DNA of 64,000 nt from the human T2T-CHM13v2.0 reference genome, Homo sapiens. Shown here in pieces: positions 12,277-23,294 of this stretch. Location: assembly GCF_009914755.1 (NCBI RefSeq), contig NC_060934.1; one strand, written 5' to 3'. The notes beneath the pieces were generated by a model. That model was given only the letters and a program-made list of their open reading frames with translations. It ran no database searches and was not told the DNA's origin. The translations under genes and the position numbers were made by a program. Numbering within the stretch: the stretch's first letter is position 1; each line of letters opens with the position of its first letter.

Positions 12277-14310
12277 AATCATTCTCAGAATCTACTTTGT
12301 GATGTGTGCGTGCAACTCACGGAGATTAACCTTTCTTTTCATAGAGAAGTTTGGAAACACTCTGTCTGTAAGGTCTGCAAGTGGATATTTAGATTTCTGT
12401 GAGGCCTTCATTGCAAACGGGATTTCTTCATATACTTCCCGACAGCAGAATTCTCAGTTACTACTTTCTGTTGTGTGCATTCAACTCACAGAGTTGAACC
12501 TTCCTTTATTCAGAGCAGTTTTGAAACACTCTTTTTGTGGAATTTGCAAGTGGAGATTTCAAGGGATTTGAGGCCAATCTTAGAAATGGAAATATCTTCG
12601 AATTAAAGCTACACAGAATCATTCGCAGAAACTAGTTTGTGATGTGTGCGTTGAACTCACAGAGTTTAACGTTTCTTTTCATAGAGCAGTTTGGAAACGC
12701 TGTCTTTGTAAAGTCTGCAAGTGGATATTAGGACCTCTTTGAGGCCTTCGTTGGAAACGGGATTTCCTCCTATAATGCTAGACAGAAGAATTCCCAGTCA
12801 CTTCTTTGTGTTGTGTGCATTCAACTCAGAGATTTGAACCTTCCTTTAGAGAGAGCACATTTAAAACACTCTTTTTGTGTAATTTGCTAGGGCAGATTTC
12901 AAGCTCTTCGAGGACAATGGTAGGAAAGGAAATATCTTCGTATTAAAACTAGACAAAATCATTCTCAGAAACTACTTTGTGATGTGTGCGTTCCACTCAC
13001 AGACTTTAACCTTTCTTTTAATTGAGCAGTTTGGAAACACTCTCTTTGTAAAGTCTGCAGTAGGATATTTGGACCTCTTTGAGGCCTTCGTTGGAAACGG
13101 GATTTCTTCATATAATGCTAGATAGAAGAATTCTCAGTAACTTGTTTGTGTTGTGTGTATTCAACTAACAGAGTTGAACCTTCCTTTAGAAAGAGCAGTT
13201 TTCAAACACTCTGTTTGTGCAATTTCCAATGGAGATTTCTAGGGATTTGAGGCCAGTCTTAGAAATGGAAATATCTTTGTATAAAAACTAGACAGTGTCA
13301 TTCTGAGATACTACCTTGTGATGTGTGCGTTCAACTCACAGAGTTTAACCTTTCTTTTCATAGAGCAGTTTGGAAACACTCTATTTGTAAAGTCTGCAAG
13401 TGGATATTTGGACCTCTTTGAGGCTTTCGTTGGAAACGGGATTTCTTCCTATAATGCTAGACAGAAGTATTCTCAGTCACTTTTTGTGTTGGGTGCATTC
13501 AACTCAGAGATTTGAACCTTCCTTTAGAGAGAGCACATTTGAAACACTCTTTTTGTGTAATTTGCTAGTGCAGATTTCAAGCTCTTCGAGGACAATGGTA
13601 GAAAAGGAAATATCTTCGTATGAAAACTAGACAAAATCATTCTCAGAAACTACTTTGTGATGTGTGCGTTCCACTCACAGAGTTTAACCTTTCTTTTAAT
13701 TGAGCAGTTTGGAAACACTCTCTTTGTAAAGTCTGCAGTAGGACATTTGGACCTCTTTGAGGCCTTCGTTGGAAACGGGATTTCTTCATATAATGCTAGA
13801 TAGAAGAATTCTCAGTAACTTGTTTGTGTTGTGTGTATTCAACTAACAGAGTTGAACCTTTCTTTAGACAGAGCAGATTTGAAACGCTCTTTTCGTGGCT
13901 TTTGCATGTGGAGGTTTCAAACGATTTGGGGCCAATGGTAGAAAAGGAAATATCTTCGTATAAAAACTAGAGAGAATCATTCTCAGAAATTACTTTCTGA
14001 TGTGTGCGTGCAACTCACGGAGATTAACCTTTCTTTTCATAGAGCAGTTTGGAAAGACTCTGTCTGTAAGGTCTGCAAGTGGATATTTAGATTTCTGTGA
14101 GGGCTTCGTTGCAAACGGGATTTCTTCATATACTCACAGAAAGAAGAATTCTCAGTAACTGTTTGTGTTGTGTGCATTCAACTCACTGAGTTGAACCTTC
14201 GTCTATTCAGGGTATTTTTGAAACACTCTTTTTGTGGAATTTGCAAGTGGAGATTTCAAGGGATTTGAGGCCAATCGTAGAAAAGGAAATATCTTTGTAT
14301 TAAAACTACA

Positions 14311-17300
14311 CAGAATCATTCTCAGAAATTAGTTTGTGATGTGTGTGTTCAACTCACAGAGTTTAACCTTTCTTTTTATAAAGCAGTTTGGAAACACTCT
14401 ATTTGTAAAGTCTGCAAGTGGATATTTCTACCTCTTTGAGGCCTTCATTGGAAACGGGATTTTTTCATATAATGATAGACAGAAGAATTCTCAGTAAATT
14501 CTTTGTGTTGTGTGTATTGAACTCAGAGAGATGAACCTTCCTTTAGACAGAGCAGGGTTGAAACACACTGTTTGTGGAACTTGCAAGTGGATATTTCAAG
14601 CGATTTGAGACCTATATTAGAAATGTAAATATGTTCGTATAAAAACTACACAGAATCATTCTCAGAAACTACTTTGTGATGTGTGCGTTCAGCTCACAGA
14701 GTTTAACCTTTCTTTTCATAGAGTAGTTTGGAAACACTCTGTTTGTAAAGTCTGCAGGAGGATATTTGGACCTCTTTGAGGCCTTCGTTGGAAACGGGAT
14801 TTCTTCATATAATGTTAGATGGAAGAATTCTCAGTCACTTCTTTGTGTTGTGTGCATTCAAATCACAGAGTTGACCCTTCCTTTAGACAGAGCAGTTTTA
14901 AAACACTCTGTTTGTGGAATTTCTAATGGAGATTTCTAGGGATTTGAGGCCAGTCTTAGAAATGGAAATATCTTTGTATAAAAACTAGACAGAGTCATTC
15001 TGAGAAACTACCTTGTGATGTGTGCGTTCAACTCACAGAGATTAACCTTTCGTTTCATAGAGCAGTTTGGAAACACTGTGTTTGTGAAATCTGCAAGTGG
15101 ATATTTGGACCTCTTTGAGGCCTTCGTTGAAAACGGGATTTCTTCATATAATGTTAGATAGAAGAATTCTCAGTAACTTGTTTTGTGTTGTGTGTATTCA
15201 CCTAACAGAGTTGAACCTTCCTTTAGACAGAGCTGTTTTAAAACACTCTGTTTGTGGAATTTCCAATGGCTATTTGAAGTGATTTGGGGCCAATCATTGA
15301 AATGGAAATATCTTCGTGTAAAAATTAGACAGAATCATTCTCTGCAACTACTTTGTGATGTGTGCGTTCAACTCACAGAGTTTAACTTTTCTTTTCCTAG
15401 AACAGTTTGGAAATACTCTTTTTGTAAAGTCTGCAAGTGGATATTTGGGCCTCTTTGTGTCCTTCGTTGGAAACGGGTTTCCTTCATATAATGCTAGACA
15501 GGAGATTTTCCAGTAACTTCTTTGTGTTGTGTGGATTCAACTCACATAGTTGAACCTTTCTTTAGACACAGCAGATTCGAAAATCTGTTCTTGTGTACTT
15601 TGCAAGTGGAGATTTCAAGCGATTTGTGGCCCATGGTAGAAAGGAAATATATTCGTATAAAACTAGACAGAATCGTTCTCAGAAACTACGTTGTGATGTG
15701 TGCGTTCAACTCACAGAATTTAACCTTTCTCTTCATAGAGCAGTTTGGAAACACTCTGTAAAGTCTGCAAGTAGATATTTGACCTCTGTGAGCCCTTCGT
15801 TGGAAAAGGGATTTGTCCATATAATGCTAGACGGAAGAATTCTCACTAATTTCTTTCTGTTGTTTTTATTCAACTCACAGAGTTGAACCTTTCTTTAGAC
15901 AGAGCAGATATGAAACACTCATTTCGTGGCTTTTGCAAGTGGAGATTTCAAGCGATTTGAGGCCAATGGTAGAAAAGGAAATATCTTCATATATAAACTA
16001 GACAGAATCATTCTCTGAAACTACTTTGTGATGTGTGCATTCAACTCACAGAGATTAACGTTTCTTTTCATAGAGCAGTTTGGAAAACTCTGTCTGTAAG
16101 TCTGCAAGTAGATATTTGGACTTCTTATAGGCCTTCATTGGAAAAGGGATTTCTTCATATACTGCTAGACAGAAGAATTCTCAGTAACTTCTTTCAGTTG
16201 TGTGTATTCAACTCACAGAATTGAACATTACTTTATCCAGAGAAGTTTTGAAATACTCTTTTTGTGGAATTTGCAAGTGGAGATTTCAAGAGGTTTGAGG
16301 CCATTCTTAGAGATGGAAATATCTTCGCATTAAAACTACACAGAATCATTCGCAGAAACTAGTTTGTGATGTGTGCGTTCACCTCACAGAGTTTAACCTT
16401 TATTTTGATAGAGCAGTTGGGAAACACTCTATTTGTAATTTCTGCATGTGGATATATGGACCTCTTTGAGCCCTTCGTTGGAAATGGGATTTCTTCCTAT
16501 AATGCTAGACAGAAGAATTCTCAGTAACTTCTTTGTGTTGTGTGCATTCAACTCACAGAGTTGAACGTTCCTTTAGAGAGAGCAGATTTGAAACACTCTT
16601 TTTGTGGAATTTGCTAGTGCAGATTTGAAGCGCTTCGAGGACAATGGTAGAAAAGGAAATATCTTCGTATTAAAACTAGACAAAATCTTTCTCAGAAAAT
16701 ACTTTGTGATGTGTGCGTTCAACTCTCAGAGTTTAACCTTTCTTTTCATGAAGCCATTTGGAAATACTCTGTTTGTTAAGTCTGCAAGCGGATATTTTGA
16801 CCTCTTTGAGGCCTTCGTTGGAAACCGGATTTCTTCATATACTGCCAGACCGAATAATTCTCAGTAACTTCTTTGTGTTGTGTGTATTCAACCCACAGAG
16901 TTGAACCTTTCTTTAGACAGAGCAGATTTGAAACTCTCTTTTCGTGGCTTTTGCAAGTGGAGATTTCAAGCGATTTGAGGCCAATGGTAGAAAAGGAAAT
17001 ATCTTCGTATAAAAACTAGACAGTATCATTCTCAGAAACTACTTTGTGTTGTGTGCTTTCAACTCACAGAGTTTAACCTTTCTTTTCATAGAGCAGTTTG
17101 GAAACACTCTGTTTGGAATATCTGCAAGTGGATATTTGGACCTTTTTGACACTTTCCTTGGAAAAGGGATTTCTCCATGTATTGCTAGACAGAAGAATTT
17201 TCAGTAACTTCTTTGTGTTGTGTGTATTCAACTCACAGAGTTGAACCTTTCTTTAGACAGAGCAGTTTTGAAACTCTCTTTTCGTGGCTTTTGCAAGTGG

Positions 17301-20221
17301 AGATTTCAAGCGATTTGACGCCAATGTTAGAAATGTAAATATCTTCATATAAAAGCTACAGAGAATCATTCTCAGAAACTACTTTGTGATGTGTGCGTTC
17401 AACTCACAGAGTTTAACCTTTCTTTTAATTGAGCAGTTTGGAAACACTCTGTCTGTAAAGTCTACAAGTGGTTATTTGGATCTCTTTGAGGCCTTCGTTG
17501 GAAAAGGGATTTCTTCAGATAATGCTAGACAGAAGAATTTTCAGTAACTTCTTTGTGTTGTGTCTGTTCAACTCACAGTTTTGAAACTTCCTTTACACAG
17601 AGCAGATTTGAAACACTCTTTTTGTGGAATTTGCAAGTGCAGATTTCAAGCGCTTCTAGGCCAATTGTAGAAAAGGAAGTATCTTCGTATAAAAACTAGA
17701 CAGAATCATTCTAAAGAACTACTTTGTGATGTGTGCATTCAACTCACAGAGTTTAACCTTTCTTTTCATAGAGCAGTTTGGAAACACTCTGTTTGTAAAG
17801 TCTGCAAGTGCATATTTGGACTTCTTTGAGGCCTTCGTTGGAAACGGGATTTCTTCATATAATGCTAGACAGAAGAATTCTCAGTAACTACTTTGTGTTG
17901 TGTGTATTCAACTCACAGAGTTGAACCTTCCTTTAGACAGAGCAGTTTTGAAAAACTCGTTGTTGTGGAATTTGCAAGTGGAGATTTCTAGCGATTTGTG
18001 GCCAGTCTTTGAAATGGAAATATCTTCTTGTAAAAACTGGACAGAATCATTCTCAGAAACTACTTTGCTATGTGTGTATTCAACTCACAGAGTTTAACCT
18101 TTATTTTCATAGAGGAGTTTGTAAACACTCTGTGTGTAATGTCTGCAAGTGGATATTTAGACCTCTTTGAGGCCTTTGTTTGAAACGGTATTTCTTCATG
18201 TAATGCTAGACAGAATAATTCTCACTAACTTCTTTGTGTTGTGTGTATTCAACTCATAGAGTTCAACCTTCCTTTAGACACAGCAGATTCGAAACTCTCT
18301 TTTTGTGGAATTTTCATGTGGAGATTTCAAGTGATTTGTGGCCAATTGTAGAAAAGGAAATATCTTCCTATAAAAACTAGAGAGAATCATTCTCAGAAAC
18401 TACTTTGTGATGTGTGCATTCAACTCACAGGGTTTAACCTTTCTTTTAATTGAGCAGTTTGTAAACACTCTCTTTGTAAAGTGTGCAAGTGGATATTTAG
18501 ACCTGTTTGAGCCCTTCGTTGGAAACGGGACTTCTTCATATAATGCTAGACAGAAGAATTCTCAGTAACTTCTTGGTGTTGTGTGTATTCAACTCATAGA
18601 GTTCAACCTTCCTTTAGACACAGCAGATTCGAAACTCTCTTTTTGTGGAATTTTCATGTGGAGATTTCAAGTGATTTGTGGCCAATTGTAGAAAGGGAAA
18701 TATCTTCCTATAAAAACTAGAGAGAATCATTCTCAGAAACTACTTTGTGATGTGTGCATTCAACTCATAGGGTTTAACCTTTCTTTTAATTGAGCCGTTT
18801 TTAAACACTCTCTTTGTAAAATGTGCAAGTGGATATTTAGACCTGTTTGAGCCCTTCGTTGGAAACGGGACTTCTTCATATAATGCTAGACAGAAGAATT
18901 CTCAGTAACTTCTTGGTGTTGTGTGTATTCAACTGACGGAGTTGAACTTTCCTTTAGACACAGCAGATTTGAAACTCTCTTTTTGTGGAATTTTCAGGTG
19001 GAGATTTCAAGCAGTTTGAGGACAGTGGTAGAAAAGGAATTATCTTCGTATAAAAACTAGAAAGAATCATTTTCAGAAACTGCTTTTTGATGTGTGCATT
19101 CAACTCACAGAATTTAACCTTTCTTTTCATAGATTAGTTTGGAAACACTCTGTTTGTAAAGTCTGCAAGTGGATATTTGGACCTCTTTGAGGCCTTCGTT
19201 GGAAACGGGATTTCTTCATATAATGCTAGACAGAAGAATTCTCAGTAACTTCTTTGTGTTGCGTGTATTCAACTCACACAGTTGAAACTTCCTTTAGTCA
19301 GAGCAAATTTGAAACACTCTTTTTGTGCAGTTTGCAAGTGGAGATTTCAAGAGTTTGAGGCCAATGGTAGAAAAGGATATATCTTCGTATAATAAGTAGA
19401 TACAATCATTCTCAGAAACTACTTTGTGATGTGTACGTTCCACTCACAGAGTTTAACCTTTCTTTTCATAGAGCAGTTTAAACACTCTGTTTCTAAAGTC
19501 TGCAAGTGGATATTTGGACCTCTTTGAGGCCTTCGTTGGAAGCAGGGTTTCTTCGTATAATGCTAGACAGAGGAATTCTTAGTAACTTCTTTGTGTTGTC
19601 TGTACTCAACTCACAGAGTTTAACCTTCCTTTAGACAGAGCAGGTTTGAAACACTCTTTTTGTGGAATTGCAAGTGGAGATTTCAAGTGGTTTGGGGCCA
19701 ATGGTAGAAAAGGAAATATCTTCGTATAAAAACTAGACAGAATTATTCTCAGAAAGTACTTTGTGATGTGTGCATTCAACTCACAGAGTTTAACCTTTCT
19801 TTTCATAGAGTAGTTTGGAAACACTCTGTTTGTAAAGTCTGCAAGTCGATATTTGGACCTCCTTGAAAGCTTTGTTGGAAAAGTTAGTTCTTCATATAAT
19901 GCTAGACAGAAGAATTCTCAGTAATTTTTTTGTGTTGTGTGTATTCAACTCACAGAGTTGAACCTTCCTTTAGATAGAGCAGATTTGAAACTCTCTTTTT
20001 GTGGAATTTCAAGTGGAGATTTCAAGCGCTTTTGGGACAATGGTAGAAAATTAAATATCTTCCTAGAAATACTAGACAGAAGCATTCTCAGACACTATTT
20101 TCTGATGTGCACGTTCGACTCACTGAGATTAACCTTTCTTTTCATAGAGCAGTTTTTCAACACTCTGTTTGTAATGTCTGCAAGTGGATATTTGGACCCC
20201 TTTGTTGCCTTCGTTGGAAAT
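14311..20221 (+). repeat. Divergent dimeric (SF1/SF01-like) alpha satellite flanking the HOR
   Basis: Same 340-bp A/B alternation, with intact and decayed CENP-B boxes, but no exact higher-order period and many private substitutions. Confidence 0.85.
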
Positions 20222-20898
20222 TGTGGGGAAAAGCAAGAGAGATCAGATTGTTACTGTGTCTGTGTAGAAAGAAGTAGACATAGGAGACTCCATTTTGTTA
20301 TGTACTAAGAAAAATTCTTCTGCCTTGAGATTGTTAATCTATAACCTTACCCCCAACCCCGTGCTCTCTGAAACGTGTGCTGTGTCAACTCAGAGTTAAA
20401 TGGATTATGGGCGGTGCAAGATGTGCTTTGTTAAACAGATGCTTGAGGGCAGCACTCTCCTTAAGGGTCATCACCACTCCCTAATCTCAAGTACCCAGGG
20501 ACACAAAAACTGCAGAAGGCCGCAGGGACCTCTGCCTAGGAAAGCCAGGTATTGTCCAAGGTTTCTTCCCATGTGATAGTCTGAAATATGGCCTCGTGGG
20601 AAGGGAAAGACCTGACCGTCCCCCAGCCTGACACCCGTAAAGGGTCTGTGCTGAGGAGGATTAGTAAAAGAGGAAGGAATGCCTCTTGCAGTTGAGACAA
20701 GAGGAAGGCATCTGTCTCCTGCCTGTCCCTGGGCAATGGAATGTCTCGGTATAAAACCCGATTGTATGCTCCATCTACTGAGATAGGGAAAAACCGCCTT
20801 AGGGCTGGAGGTGGGACCTGCGGGCAGCAATACTGCTTTGTAAAGCATTGAGATGTTTATGTGTATGCATATCTAAAAGCACAGCACTTAATCCTTTA

Positions 20899-20917
20899 CA
20901 TTGTCTATGATGCAAAG
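20899..20917 (+). promoter_or_regulatory. LTR5_Hs OCT4-type motif (ATGCAAAG) with upstream SOX-like CATTGT
   Basis: CATTGTCTATGATGCAAAG; ATGCAAAG at 20910-20917 (LTR position ~690), where the LTR5_Hs OCT4 motif is described. TATAAAA also present at 20750-20756. Confidence 0.7.
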
Positions 20918-21011
20918 ACCTTTGTTCACGTGTTTGTCTGCTGACCCTCTCCCCACAATTGTCTTGTGACCCTGACACATCCCCCTCTTTGAGAAACACC
21001 CACAGATGATC

Positions 21012-21017
21012 AATAAA
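21012..21017 (+). terminator. LTR polyadenylation signal AATAAA
   Basis: AATAAA at the usual place in the HML-2 LTR, followed by T-rich sequence. Confidence 0.65.
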
Positions 21018-21187
21018 TTCTAAGGGAACTCAGAGGCTGGCGGGATCCTCCATATGCTGAACGCTGGTTCCCCAGGTCCCCTTTTTTCTTTCTCTATACT
21101 TTGTCTCTGTGTCTTTTTCTTTTCCAAATCTCTCGTCCCACCTTACGAGAAACACCCACAGGTGTGTAGAGGCAACCCACCCCTACA

Positions 21188-21455
21188 GAAATGGTATTTC
21201 TACATTCAATGCTAGACAGAAGAATTCTCAGTAACTTCTTTGTGTTTTGTGTAATCAACTCACAGTGATGAAACTTCCTTTAGACAGAGCAGATTTGAAA
21301 CTCTCTTTTTGTGGAATTTTCAGATGCAGATTTCAAGCGCTTTGAGGCCAATGGTAGAAAAGGAAATATCTTAGCATAAAAACTAGACAGAATCATTCTG
21401 AGAATCTTCTTTGTGATGTGTGCGTTCTACTCACAGAATTTTACCTTTCTTTTCA
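21188..21455 (+). repeat. Continuation of divergent dimeric alpha satellite
   Basis: Resumes in monomer phase after the LTR target-site duplication and stops abruptly at ...ACCTTTCTTTTCA. Confidence 0.9.
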
Positions 21456-22114
21456 CTGGAAGAAAGGGTGTCATTGATGGAAGATCAAATGAATGAAATC
21501 TAGTGAGAAGAGAAATTGTGAGAAAAAAGAACAAAAAGAAATGAACAATCTTCGAAGAAATATGGGACTATGTGAAAAGACCAAATCTGATTGGTGTACC
21601 TGGACGTGATGGGGAGAATGGAACCAAGTTGGAAAACGCTCTGCAGGATATTATCCAGTAGAATTTCTCCAATCTAAGAAGGCAGGCCTACATTGAAATT
21701 CAGGAAATACAGAGAATGCCTCAAAGATACTATTGGAGGAGGGCCTCTCCAAGACACATAATTGTCAGAAACACCAAATTTTAAATGAAGGAAAAAATGT
21801 TAAGAGAAGCCAGAGAGACAGGTCAGGTTACCCACAAAGGGAAGCCCATCAGACTAACAGCTGATGTCTCAGCAGAATCTCTACAAGCCAGAAGAGTGTG
21901 GGGGCCAATATTCAAAGAGAAGAATTTTAATCCAGAATTTCATATCCACCCGAACTAAGCTTCATAAGTGAAGAAGAAATAAAATACGTTACAGAGAAGC
22001 AAATGCTGAGAAATTTTGCCACCACCAGGCCTGCTCTAAAGAGCTCCTGAAGGAAGCACTATACATGGAAAGGAACAACAGGTGCCAGCCACTGCCAAAA
22101 CATGCAAATTGTAA
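21455..22114 (+). pseudogene. L1 ORF1p remnant (3' two-thirds), disrupted
   Basis: Aligns by eye to L1 ORF1 (TGGGACTATGTGAAAAGACCAAAT, GGAACCAAGTTGGAAAAC) with stops and small deletions. Confidence 0.85.
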
Positions 22115-22177
22115 ATACCATTGAGCCTAGGAATAAACTGCATCAACTAATGAGCAGAATAACCAGCTAACATCTTA

Positions 22178-23290
<1,113 letters not shown>

Positions 23291-23294
<4 letters not shown>

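Larger units (their letters stand above)
1..14310 (+). repeat. Alpha-satellite HOR array, 18-monomer (~3055 bp) unit, D6Z1-like (chromosome 6 centromere, SF1/SF01), array edge
   Basis: ~170-bp monomers in 340-bp dimers. Near-identical sequence recurs at 418/3474/6528/9583 (periods 3056, 3054, 3055 = 18 monomers). Dimer starts at ~58, 397, 735, 1075, 1414, 1753, 2094, 2432, 2772, then again at ~3113. An 18-mer of ~3.06 kb with alternating CENP-B boxes matches D6Z1 from recall; the chromosome assignment is less certain than the HOR call. The right boundary is gradual. Confidence 0.9.
20222..21187 (+). mobile_element. HERV-K(HML-2) solo LTR, LTR5_Hs
   Basis: 966 bp; begins TGTGGGGAAAAGCAAGAGAGATCAGATTG and ends CAACCCACCCCTACA (TG...CA). 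5-bp target-site duplication GAAAT at 20217-20221 and 21188-21192. No PBS or gag follows. Closely matches the ~968-bp LTR5_Hs consensus as I recall it, with a 2-bp deletion near 20331. Confidence 0.95.

Noticed and set aside
1-14310. Regularly spaced repeats superficially like a CRISPR array
   Set aside because: Contiguous ~170-bp tandem monomers with no unique spacers and no cas genes; this is primate satellite.
418-19824. Recurrent short ORFs (60-101 aa) in the HOR and divergent satellite
   Set aside because: They are chance open frames of alpha satellite repeated with the HOR period, many from non-ATG starts, with no recognisable domain.
19937-20999. ORF running from satellite into the LTR, and antisense ORFs in the LTR
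   Set aside because: Solo LTR with no gag/pol/env; the frames are incidental and have no supporting signals.
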